A model generated the notes under the pieces. That model made no database searches. It had not been told where the DNA came from and saw nothing but the letters and a program-made list of their open reading frames with translations. A stretch of 64,000 bases of DNA from an uncultured Verrucomicrobiota bacterium. GTDB lineage: Bacteria; Verrucomicrobiota; Kiritimatiellia; RFP12; UBA1067. A program made the translations under genes and the position numbers. Shown piece by piece: positions 20,244-28,910 of the stretch (the first letter of the stretch is position 1; each line of letters begins with the position of its first letter). The stretch is from contig CAMOCC010000004.1 in NCBI GenBank assembly GCA_946610035.1, positions 3,158 through 67,157 on the forward strand. The letters run 5' to 3'.

Positions 20244-22574
20244 ATGCAAAAATCCATTGTCGCCATATCAGTATGCGCCCTCGCGGCGGCGGTCTTCGCC
20301 GCAGCCGAGCCGGCGTCCGTCAAGAACCACACTTTCACCCTCGGCGACGCCGACTTCCTTCTCGACGGGAAGCCGTTCGTCATGCACTGCGGCGAGATCC
20401 ACTACGCGCGCATCCCGCGTCCCTACTGGCGCCACAGGCTCCAGATGCTTCGCGCGATGGGCTGCAACGCCGTCGGCTGCTACATGTTCTGGAACTACCA
20501 CGAGCGCGAGCCCGGGAAATTCAAGTGGGCCGGAATGGCGGACGCCGCGGCGTTCTGCAGGATGGCGCAGGAGGAGGGGCTGTGGGTCATACTGCGTCCC
20601 GGACCCTACGCATGCGCCGAATGGGAAGGCGGCGGCGCACCATGGTGGTTGATGAGGGAAGAGGGGAAAGGGAAGCCTATTTCGATGCGGTCGTCCGATC
20701 AGCGCTGGCTGGAGCCTGCCAAGAGGTGGATCACCGAGGTCGGACGCGTGCTCGCGCCGCTCCAGGTCACGCGCGGCGGTCCGATCCTGATGGTGCAGGT
20801 TGAGAACGAATACGGACTCCACGGGAACGACGTCAACTACATGCGCGCGCTCCGCCAGGCCACGATCGACGCCGGGTTCGAGGTCCCGCTCTACGCGTGC
20901 AATCCGCCGCGCGTCACGCAGAACGGCTTCATTCCGGAGCTTTTCCAGGCCGCGAATTTCGGCGGCGATCCCGAGCAGCGCTTCGGCGTAATCCGCCAGT
21001 TCCAGCCGAAGGGGCCTCTTATGTGCGCCGAATACTACCCCGCCTGGTTCGACACGTGGGGGCAGTCCCATCACTACGCGAAGAGCGACCGCGAGTTCTT
21101 TGGCCCGATCGACTGGATGCTCGAGCAAGGCGCGAGCTTTTCGCTCTACATGGCCCACGGAGGGACGTCGTTCGGCGGATGGGTCGGCTGCCGCAATCCG
21201 TTCGTCCCCAACGTGACGAGCTACGACTTCGAGGCGCCGATCAACGAACACGGCGCGCCCAACCCGTCCTTCGCGAAGTTCCGCGACCGCATGGCGAAAC
21301 ATCTGAATCCCGGCGAGTCGATTCGCGAAATGCCGCAGCCGGTTCCGGTGAAGGACTACGGAAGCGTCACGCTGCGCCGCACGGCTTCGGTCGACGCTCT
21401 CTGCACGCGCGAAGTCAGGATCGACTCGCCGGTCTTCATGGAGCGGCTCGGACAGGGCTTCGGGCTCGTCAGCTACGAGACGTTCGTCCCTGCGGAAATC
21501 GGAGGCGACATCCGTTTCGGAGACATCCACGACTTCGGCTACGTGTTCCTCGACGGAAAGCGCCTCGGCACTCTAGACCGCCGCCATCGCGGACTCAAGG
21601 TCCATGTGCCGCGCGGTAGGGACGGCAAGGCGCGGAAGCTGCAGATCATCGTGGAGGCGATGGGACGCATCAACTCCTCAAGCGGCATGGAGGACCGCAA
21701 GGGGCTCAACGGTCCGATCCGCCTCGACCGCACCACTCTGAGCGGCTGGGTCGCGCGCATGATGCCGATCGATCCGGACGGAGAGGACATTTCCGGCCGG
21801 GCTCAGGTGGGCGGCGCGTTCTCGGGCGATGCGGACGTACCGGCGCTTTATTCGGGCGAGCTGGAGGTGGCGGACGAAGTTCCCGCGGACACGTTCCTCG
21901 ACATGTCGTCTTGGCGCAAGGGAATCGCGTGGGTCAACGGACGCAACCTCGGGCGCTTCTGGTGCATCGGCCCGCAGCAGACTCTCTACGTCCCGGGATG
22001 CTGGCTGCGCAAGGGAAAGAACAGCGTCGTCGTTCTTGATTTCTTCGGTCCGGGCGAGAAGGGCGCAGAGGTCGCCTTCAGGGCAAAGCCCGTCCTTGAC
22101 GTGCTCAGGCCGGAGCTTGACTTCAATTCAAAGAAGCGTCCCTCCGCAAAGATGGGCGGAGGAGAGCTTGCCGCGTCAGGAACCTTCCCGCAGGGCGAGG
22201 CCGCGCAGGTAGTTATGTTCGAAAAGCCGATGCGCGGCAGTGTCTTCACCTTCGTCGCCGATTCGGTCTACGACAAGAAGAACACCGCGTCCGTCGCGGA
22301 GTTCGACTTCCTCGACAAGGAGGGAAATCCGATAACGTCCTTGGGCCTTCAGGTGACGGGCGTGGATAGCGAGGAGGAGATACGCGAGGACGGCGTTGCG
22401 GAGAACGCGATTGACGGACAGGTCGAGGCGTGCTGGATTGCGCCGAACCGGTCCGTTCCGCACTGGATCGAGTTCACCGCGGACAAAAAGACCGACATCT
22501 ACGGAATCCGCTACACCCCGCGCCAGGGCCGGGACGTCGGGCGCATCCGCGACTGGAAGTTCTTCGTCCGCTGA
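20244..22574 (+). CDS. GH35 beta-galactosidase with C-terminal F5/8 type C (discoidin) domain
   Basis: Signal peptide; GEIHYARIP, ILRPGPYACAEWEGGG.PWWL, MVQVENEYG catalytic-region motifs; discoidin-like tail. Confidence 0.9.
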   Translation: MQKSIVAISVCALAAAVFAAAEPASVKNHTFTLGDADFLLDGKPFVMHCGEIHYARIPRPYWRHRLQMLRAMGCNAVGCYMFWNYHEREPGKFKWAGMADAAAFCRMAQEEGLWVILRPGPYACAEWEGGGAPWWLMREEGKGKPISMRSSDQRWLEPAKRWITEVGRVLAPLQVTRGGPILMVQVENEYGLHGNDVNYMRALRQATIDAGFEVPLYACNPPRVTQNGFIPELFQAANFGGDPEQRFGVIRQFQPKGPLMCAEYYPAWFDTWGQSHHYAKSDREFFGPIDWMLEQGASFSLYMAHGGTSFGGWVGCRNPFVPNVTSYDFEAPINEHGAPNPSFAKFRDRMAKHLNPGESIREMPQPVPVKDYGSVTLRRTASVDALCTREVRIDSPVFMERLGQGFGLVSYETFVPAEIGGDIRFGDIHDFGYVFLDGKRLGTLDRRHRGLKVHVPRGRDGKARKLQIIVEAMGRINSSSGMEDRKGLNGPIRLDRTTLSGWVARMMPIDPDGEDISGRAQVGGAFSGDADVPALYSGELEVADEVPADTFLDMSSWRKGIAWVNGRNLGRFWCIGPQQTLYVPGCWLRKGKNSVVVLDFFGPGEKGAEVAFRAKPVLDVLRPELDFNSKKRPSAKMGGGELAASGTFPQGEAAQVVMFEKPMRGSVFTFVADSVYDKKNTASVAEFDFLDKEGNPITSLGLQVTGVDSEEEIREDGVAENAIDGQVEACWIAPNRSVPHWIEFTADKKTDIYGIRYTPRQGRDVGRIRDWKFFVR

Positions 22575-22743
22575 AAGGGGCTTCAGGCAGGTGTGTGTGG
22601 ATGGGGGCTTGTCCGCCGCAACTGCCGGCGACAGGCGGGCACGACATGCCCAACGCCTCGCACCTGTGCCTGTCGAGTTCGTCCGCACTTGACGGAACTG
22701 CGCATTTCCACCCAAGAGGGTAGCGACGCGCGCGGCCCGATTA

Positions 22744-22752
22744 TGCTATAAT
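22744..22752 (+). promoter_or_regulatory. Extended -10 promoter TGcTATAAT upstream of uxaB
   Basis: Exact TGnTATAAT about 65 nt before the ATG. Confidence 0.45.
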
Positions 22753-22816
22753 ATCACAAAAGAGTTTAATGTAATTAGGCATAACCAATCCAACAGAAGA
22801 AAGGAAGGTTTTCAAG

Positions 22817-24238
22817 ATGGAAAAACTCAGCTATGCAACGCTTGAGAAGCAGGGCTACAAGGGGTATCTCCTCAAGGATGCGCCGGAGCGCGTCCTCCAG
22901 TTCGGGGAGGGCAACTTCCTCCGCGCGTTCGTCGACTACTTCTTCGACCGCCTCAACGAGGAGGCCGGCTTCAACGGCAAGGTCTGCCTCGTTCAGCCCA
23001 TCGGCGGCGGCGAATTCGTCCGCAAGGCGCTCAACGAGCAGCAGGGCCTCTACACGCTCTACCTGCGCGGCTTCGAGAACGGCGAGAAGGTGAACTCGAA
23101 GCGCATCATATCGTCCGTCTCGCGCTGCATCAACCCCTACGTCGACTTCGACGCGTTCCTCGCGAACGCCAAGAACCCCGACTTGCGCTTCATCGCGTCC
23201 AACACGACCGAGGCCGGCATCGCGTACGACCCCGCCTGCACCTACGACGACAAGCCGCCGTCCTCGTTCCCGGCGAAGCTCACGCGCTTCCTCTTCGAGC
23301 GCTTCCAGGCATTCGACGGCGACAAGACGAAGGGCTTCGTCATCCTTTCCTGCGAGCTCATCGACCACAACGGACAGGAGCTCAAGAAGTGCGTCCAGAA
23401 GTACGTTGCGGACTGGAAGCTCGGCGACAAGTTCGCGAAGTGGGTGGACGAGGCGAACACGTTCTGCTCCACGCTCGTGGACCGCATCGTTACGGGCTAC
23501 CCGCGCGCGGAGGCGGCCGCCCTCAACGAGCAGAACGGCTACGAGGACAACGTGATCGACACCGGAGAGTGCTTCGGCTTCTGGGTGATCGAGGGCCCCC
23601 AGTCGATCGTCAAGGAGCTGGGCCTCGACAAGGTGGACCTTCCTATCCTCGTCGTCGACGACCACACTCCATACAAGCAGCGCAAGGTCAGGATCCTCAA
23701 CGGCGCGCACACGTCGTTCGTCCTCGGCGCGTACCTCAAGGGCTTCAACATCGTCCGCGACTGCATGAACGACGACGAAGTGCGCGGCTTCATGGAGGAT
23801 ACGATCTACAACGAGATCATCCCGACGCTGACGCTTCCCGAGCAGGAGCTCAAGGATTTCGCCCATGCCGTCACCGAGCGCTTCAAGAACCCCTTCATCG
23901 ACCACCGCCTCCTCGACATCTCGCTCAACTCGGTGTCGAAGTGGAAGGCTCGCTGCCTGCCGAGCGTGAAGGCGTACTTCGAGAAGTTCGGCAAGCCGCC
24001 GAAGAACCTGTCCGCCTCCTTCCGCGCGCTTGTCGAGTTCTACGGACGCGGCGAGAAGTGGAACGCGGAGGGGACGGCGCTCGAGGCGAAGAGGGGAGAG
24101 GACACGTACCTCGTCCGCGACGACAAGAAGGTGCTCGAGTGGTTCCTGGCGAACCGCGGATGCTTCCTCGACGAGCTCGTGAGGAAGTGCGCGGCCAACG
24201 TCGACTTCTGGGGCGAGGACATCAACAAGTACCTGTAG
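22817..24238 (+). CDS. uxaB: Tagaturonate reductase (altronate oxidoreductase)
   Basis: VLQFGEGNFLRAFVDYF N-terminal motif, mannitol-dehydrogenase family layout, adjacent to uxaA. Confidence 0.85.
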   Translation: MEKLSYATLEKQGYKGYLLKDAPERVLQFGEGNFLRAFVDYFFDRLNEEAGFNGKVCLVQPIGGGEFVRKALNEQQGLYTLYLRGFENGEKVNSKRIISSVSRCINPYVDFDAFLANAKNPDLRFIASNTTEAGIAYDPACTYDDKPPSSFPAKLTRFLFERFQAFDGDKTKGFVILSCELIDHNGQELKKCVQKYVADWKLGDKFAKWVDEANTFCSTLVDRIVTGYPRAEAAALNEQNGYEDNVIDTGECFGFWVIEGPQSIVKELGLDKVDLPILVVDDHTPYKQRKVRILNGAHTSFVLGAYLKGFNIVRDCMNDDEVRGFMEDTIYNEIIPTLTLPEQELKDFAHAVTERFKNPFIDHRLLDISLNSVSKWKARCLPSVKAYFEKFGKPPKNLSASFRALVEFYGRGEKWNAEGTALEAKRGEDTYLVRDDKKVLEWFLANRGCFLDELVRKCAANVDFWGEDINKYL

Positions 24239-24240
24239 TC

Positions 24241-24280
24241 GCCAATCGCCAATCACCAACCACTAACCACCAATCACCAA
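24241..24280. repeat. Heptamer array GCCAATC GCCAATC ACCAACC ACTAACC ACCAATC ACCAA filling the uxaB-uxaA spacer
   Basis: Read directly; starts 2 nt after the uxaB stop and abuts the uxaA ATG. Confidence 0.95.
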
Positions 24281-25792
24281 ATGGACTCCATTCAGATCAA
24301 TCCGAAGGACAACGTTGAAGTTCTGCTCAAGCCGCGCGGGGACGTGCCCGCCGGGCACAAGATCGCCTTGCGCGACATAGCGGAAGGCGAGCCGATCGTG
24401 AAGTACGGCTTCCCGATCGGAGTCGCCACGAAGTCCATAAAGGCGGGCGAATGGGTTCATACCCACAACGTGAAGACCGGCCTCAGCGAGAAGTCAGACT
24501 ATCGCTACGAGCCTGTCGGATTAGGGTCGGATAGGGTCGGGTTAGGGTCAGATAGGGACCCTAACGACCTTAATCCGACTCTAAGCGACTCTAATCCGAC
24601 TCTAAAAGACCCTAAATCTACCGCTTCCTTCCAGGGCTACCTCCGCGCCGACGGCCGCGCGGGAATCCGCAACGAGATCTGGATAATACCGACCGTCGGC
24701 TGCGTCAACTCCGTCGCCACCAAGCTCGCGGCGGACAACCAGTCCCTGGCCAAAGGCTCGGTGGAGGGGATTTACGCCTTCGAGCATCCGTACGGCTGCT
24801 CCCAGACGGGCGCGGACCATGCGCAGACGCGCAAGCTCCTCGCGGCCCTCTGCCACCACCCGAACGCGGGCGGCGTCCTCGTCCTCAGCCTCGGTTGCGA
24901 GAACCTTACGCCCGCGCAGTTCCGCGAGGCCCTCGGTCCCGTGGACGAGTCGCGCGTGAAGTTCCTCGTCTGCCAGGACGTGGAGGACGAGTTCGAGGCG
25001 GGCGGCAGGCTCCTCGCAGAGATCGCCTCCGCAATGGCCGACGACCGCCGCGAGACGCTTCCCGCGTCAAAGCTCGTCGTCGGCATGAAGTGCGGCGGGT
25101 CGGACGGGCTCTCCGGCATCACGGCGAACCCGACGGTGGGGCGCTTCAGCGACCTCCTCGTCTCGCTTGGCGGCTCGACGGTACTCACCGAGGTCCCCGA
25201 GATGTTCGGCGCAGAGCCCATGCTCTTCAACAGGGCCGAGTCCAGGGAGGTGTTCGACAAGGCGGTGAAGGTCGTCACGGACTTCAAGCACTACTTCACG
25301 TCGCACGGCGAGGTCGTATACGAGAATCCGAGCCCGGGCAACAAGGCCGGCGGCATCACGACCTTGGAGGACAAGAGCTGCGGATGCGTCCAGAAGGGCG
25401 GAAGCGCCCCGGTCGTGGACGCGATAGGCTATGCTGACCGCGTGGTGAAGCAGGGTCTAAACATTATGTCGGGCCCAGGCAACGACCTCGTCTCCGCGAC
25501 CGCCCTCACCGCCGCGGGCGCACACCTCGTCCTTTTCACCACGGGACGCGGAACGCCCTTCGGCGCGCCCGCGCCGACGGTCAAGATTTCGACGAACACC
25601 CCCCTCTACAACAAGAAGCGCAACTGGATCGACTTCAACGCCGGAACGGTCGCGGAGGGGACCGAGACTCTCGACCAGGCGGGTCGCCGCCTCCTCGAGT
25701 TCGTCCTCAAGGTCGCCTCCGGCGAGCGCACACAGTCCGAAAAGCGCGGCGCCCGCGGCATCGCCATCTTCAAGGACGGCATCACATTGTAG
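24281..25792 (+). CDS. uxaA: Altronate dehydratase (UxaA; SAF domain plus dehydratase domain) carrying an in-frame repeat insertion
   Basis: N-terminal SAF-like region (..GHKIALRDI..GEPIVKYG.PIG.A), C-terminal GCVNS.., FEHPYGCSQ, MKCGGSD.. motifs. Confidence 0.9.
   Translation: MDSIQINPKDNVEVLLKPRGDVPAGHKIALRDIAEGEPIVKYGFPIGVATKSIKAGEWVHTHNVKTGLSEKSDYRYEPVGLGSDRVGLGSDRDPNDLNPTLSDSNPTLKDPKSTASFQGYLRADGRAGIRNEIWIIPTVGCVNSVATKLAADNQSLAKGSVEGIYAFEHPYGCSQTGADHAQTRKLLAALCHHPNAGGVLVLSLGCENLTPAQFREALGPVDESRVKFLVCQDVEDEFEAGGRLLAEIASAMADDRRETLPASKLVVGMKCGGSDGLSGITANPTVGRFSDLLVSLGGSTVLTEVPEMFGAEPMLFNRAESREVFDKAVKVVTDFKHYFTSHGEVVYENPSPGNKAGGITTLEDKSCGCVQKGGSAPVVDAIGYADRVVKQGLNIMSGPGNDLVSATALTAAGAHLVLFTTGRGTPFGAPAPTVKISTNTPLYNKKRNWIDFNAGTVAEGTETLDQAGRRLLEFVLKVASGERTQSEKRGARGIAIFKDGITL
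24516..24620. repeat. Inverted array of the 10-bp GACCCTAAAT family (about 4 units as TTAGGGTC-type, then about 6 as GACYCTAAxx)
   Basis: Read directly; symmetry centre at ..GATAGGG|ACCCTAAC..; translated as ..GLGSDRVGLGSDRDPNDLNPTLSDSNPTLKDPKST.. Confidence 0.9.
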
Positions 25793-25836
25793 TCGCCAAT
25801 CGCTCGTTTTTCGGGCGTTAGGTTGGTTTTTCGCAT

Positions 25837-25862
25837 AAAACACAATCAACCGATTGTGTTTT
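25837..25862. promoter_or_regulatory. Perfect 11-bp inverted repeat AAAACACAATC-AACC-GATTGTGTTTT (terminator of uxaA and/or NrdR-like operator)
   Basis: Read directly; the half-sites ACACAAT/ATTGTGT equal NrdR-box halves but the centre is 4 nt longer; followed by TTTTAT. Confidence 0.4.
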
Positions 25863-25918
25863 ATCGATATCGTGTACACAAGAGGTAGATAACTTTTTAC
25901 AATTTCCCTCTTGTCAGA

Positions 25919-25934
25919 CCACAATATTTAGTGT
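25919..25934. promoter_or_regulatory. Candidate NrdR box upstream of nrdD
   Basis: CCACAATATTTAGTGT matches 14 of 16 positions of the remembered NrdR consensus acaCwAtATaTwGtgt. Confidence 0.45.
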
Positions 25935-26045
25935 ATCATAGTGTCGTTTTCCACTAGGGGAGGTTCTTCTGGTGGAGAAGATGTGGATTTCGCTTCAAAA
26001 ACATCAAAAAACCGTCAAAACCAACTCAAAGGGGGAAACCGTCAA

Positions 26046-28283
26046 ATGAAACAGATGAAGATCATCAAGCGCAGCGGCGAGGAGAAGCCGTTTGATATCA
26101 CGAAGATCGCCAACGCGATTCGCAAGGCCAGCCAAGTCGTTGATGTCAAGGATGCGCTTTCAGAGGGTCGCATCAATCTGATTGCGGAGGAGGTCGCAGG
26201 CGTGTGCGCCGGGCGCGACCGCGCAATGACGGTCGAGGAGATTCAGGACGTCGTCGAGTCGAAGATCATGGAGATGGGCTCGCACGAGATTGCGAAGAAG
26301 TACATCGTCTACCGATACAAGCGTGCGCTCGCCCGCAAGGCGAACACGACGGACCAGCAGATTCTCTCGCTCATCGAGTGCAACAACGAGGATGTGAAGC
26401 AGGAGAACTCGAACAAGAACCCGACGATCAACTCCGTGCAGCGCGACTACATGGCGGGCGAGGTGTCGAAGGACGTGTCCGCGCGACTCCTCCTCCCCCC
26501 GGACGTCGTCCAGGCGCACAACGACGGCGTCATCCACTTCCACGACATGGACTACTACGCGCAGCACATGCACAACTGCGACCTCGTCAACCTCGAGGAC
26601 ATGCTGCAGAACGGGACGGTCATCTCGGGGACGATGATCGAGCGTCCGCACTCCTTCTCCACGGCGTGCAACATCGCGACGCAGATCATCGCGCAGGTGG
26701 CGTCCAACCAGTACGGCGGGCAGTCCATCTCGCTCACCCACCTCGCGCCGTTCGTCGAGGTCTCGCGCCAGGCGATTCGCAGGGAGCTCTCCGAGGAGTG
26801 CGCCGAGGCGGGCGTCGAGATGTCCGGCGCGGCGTTCGACGCCGTCGTCGAGAAGAGGGTACGCCAGGAGATCAAGAAAGGCGTCCAGACGATCCAGTAC
26901 CAGGTCGTGACGCTCATGACGACGAACGGGCAGGCGCCTTTCGTCACCGTCTTCATGTACCTCGGCGAGGCGAGGAGCGACGCGGAGCGCAAGGACCTCG
27001 CGATGATCATCGAGGAGGTCCTGAACGAGCGCATCAAGGGCGTCAAGAACGAGCAGGGCGTCTACATCACGCCTGCGTTCCCGAAGCTCATCTACGTCCT
27101 AGAGGAGTCGAACGTCCGCGCCGGCTCGCCCTACTGGTACCTCACCGAGCTCGCCGCAAGGTGCACGGCGAAGCGCATGGTGCCGGACTACATCAGCGAG
27201 AAGAAGATGCGCGAGTACAAGCTCTCGAAGGGCGAGGAGGTCGGCCACGGCGACTGCTACACGTGCATGGGCTGCCGTTCGTTCCTGACGCCCGACCGCT
27301 CCGGCAACGGCTTCGACAACGTCGCGCGCGCCAAGAACTACGAGCCCGGCAAGCCTAAGTACTACGGACGCTTCAACCAGGGCGTCGTCACGCTCAACCT
27401 CGTCGACGTCGCGCTGTCCGCCCACGGGAACATGGACGAGTTCTGGCGGATCTTCGGCGAGCGCTGCGAGCTCTGCCACAAGGCGCTCCGCTGCCGCCAC
27501 GAGAGGCTCCTCGGGACGCTGTCCGACGCGGCCCCGATCCTCTGGCAGTACGGTGCGCTCGCGCGCCTCGACAAGGGCGAGAAGATCGACAAGCTCCTCT
27601 ACGGCGGCTACTCGACGATCTCGCTCGGCTACGCGGGGCTGTGGGAGTGCGTCTTCGCGATGAACGGCAAGAAGCTCACCGAGCCCGAGGGCGAGAAGTT
27701 CGGCCTCGAGATCATGGAGAAGCTCAACGAGTTCACGGCGAAGTGGAAGGCGGCCGAGAACATCGACTACTCGCTCTACGGGACTCCGCTTGAATCGACG
27801 ACCTACAAGTTCGCGAAGTGCCTCCAGAAGCGCTTCGGCGTCATCAAGGGCGTGACCGACAAGAACTACATCACGAACTCGTACCACGTCCACGTGACGG
27901 AGCACATCGACGCCTTCGCGAAGCTCGCGCTGGAGTCGAAGTTCCAGAAGCTCTCGCCCGGCGGCGCGATCAGCTACGTCGAGGTCCCGAACATGCAGCA
28001 GAACATCCCTGCGGTGCTCTCCATCATGCAGTACATCTACGACCACATCATGTACGCGGAGCTGAACACGAAGTCGGACTACTGCCAGGTGTGCGGATTC
28101 GACGGCGAAATACAGATCGTGAAGGACGACGCCGGCAAGCTCATCTGGAAGTGCCCGAAGTGCGGCAACACGGACGAGTCGAAGCTGAACGTCGCGCGAC
28201 GCACGTGCGGCTACATCGGTTCGCAGTTCTGGAACCAGGGCCGCACACAGGAAATCAAGGAGCGCGTCCTGCATGTGAGCTGA
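26046..28283 (+). CDS. nrdD: Anaerobic ribonucleoside-triphosphate reductase
   Basis: ATP-cone N-terminus (MKIIKRSGEEKPFD), C-terminal CxxC Zn site and RRTCGYIG glycyl-radical motif. Confidence 0.95.
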   Translation: MKQMKIIKRSGEEKPFDITKIANAIRKASQVVDVKDALSEGRINLIAEEVAGVCAGRDRAMTVEEIQDVVESKIMEMGSHEIAKKYIVYRYKRALARKANTTDQQILSLIECNNEDVKQENSNKNPTINSVQRDYMAGEVSKDVSARLLLPPDVVQAHNDGVIHFHDMDYYAQHMHNCDLVNLEDMLQNGTVISGTMIERPHSFSTACNIATQIIAQVASNQYGGQSISLTHLAPFVEVSRQAIRRELSEECAEAGVEMSGAAFDAVVEKRVRQEIKKGVQTIQYQVVTLMTTNGQAPFVTVFMYLGEARSDAERKDLAMIIEEVLNERIKGVKNEQGVYITPAFPKLIYVLEESNVRAGSPYWYLTELAARCTAKRMVPDYISEKKMREYKLSKGEEVGHGDCYTCMGCRSFLTPDRSGNGFDNVARAKNYEPGKPKYYGRFNQGVVTLNLVDVALSAHGNMDEFWRIFGERCELCHKALRCRHERLLGTLSDAAPILWQYGALARLDKGEKIDKLLYGGYSTISLGYAGLWECVFAMNGKKLTEPEGEKFGLEIMEKLNEFTAKWKAAENIDYSLYGTPLESTTYKFAKCLQKRFGVIKGVTDKNYITNSYHVHVTEHIDAFAKLALESKFQKLSPGGAISYVEVPNMQQNIPAVLSIMQYIYDHIMYAELNTKSDYCQVCGFDGEIQIVKDDAGKLIWKCPKCGNTDESKLNVARRTCGYIGSQFWNQGRTQEIKERVLHVS

Positions 28284-28367
28284 CAAGACGGTGCGCCCAT
28301 CCGCATCCGTGCGACAGCGGCAGGAAGTACAAGAAGCGCTGCGGGAGGAGCGCTTGAGGAGGATGGT

Positions 28368-28892
28368 GTGAACTACGCCAGTATCAGGACGTGCGACATC
28401 GCGAACGGAGAGGGGGTCCGGGTCTCCCTCTTCGTTTCCGGCTGCACCCACAAGTGCAAGGGGTGCTTCAACGAGGAGGCGCAGAGTTTCGCCTACGGAC
28501 ATCCCTTCACCAAGGAGGTGGAGGACCGGCTCCTCGAAGCGCTGGCGCCGGACTACATCGCGGGGCTCACGCTCCTCGGCGGCGAGCCGATGGAGCCTGA
28601 GAACCAGCGCGGGCTCATCGGCTTTCTGCGCCGGTTCCGCGAGATGTACGCCGGGAAGAAGACGCTCTGGATATACACTGGCTGCATCTACGAACTCGAC
28701 TTGCTGCCGCCGACCGGCGACGCCCTGGGCATGGAGGTCAACTCCCCGCACAAGAAGTGGCGCACGGAGGTGACGGACGAGATTCTCGCCATGACGGACG
28801 TCCTCGTGGACGGTCCCTTCGTCGAGTCTCTCAAGGACATTTCGCTCCGCTTTCGCGGCAGTTCCAACCAGCGGTTGCTGAAACTTCATTGA
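28368..28892 (+). CDS. nrdG: Anaerobic ribonucleotide reductase activating protein (radical SAM)
   Basis: GEGVRVSLFVSGCTHKCKGCFN cluster motif; GTG start; follows nrdD. Confidence 0.9.
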   Translation: MNYASIRTCDIANGEGVRVSLFVSGCTHKCKGCFNEEAQSFAYGHPFTKEVEDRLLEALAPDYIAGLTLLGGEPMEPENQRGLIGFLRRFREMYAGKKTLWIYTGCIYELDLLPPTGDALGMEVNSPHKKWRTEVTDEILAMTDVLVDGPFVESLKDISLRFRGSSNQRLLKLH

Positions 28893-28910
28893 CGGAAGGG
28901 CCGACAGAGC

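Noticed and set aside
24516-24620. CRISPR array or telomere-like TTAGGG repeats
   Set aside because: The units are 10 bp, contiguous and without spacers, and no cas genes are present, so this is not CRISPR. The TTAGGG string is part of a longer 10-bp unit in a bacterial coding region, and the resemblance to eukaryotic telomeres is coincidental.
25941-26045. N-terminal extension of nrdD from the GTG at 25941
   Set aside because: The extension (MSFSTRGGSSGGEDVDF..) is low-complexity and overlaps the putative operator region. The conserved ATP-cone begins at the ATG at 26046 (MKQMKIIKRSGEEKPFD).
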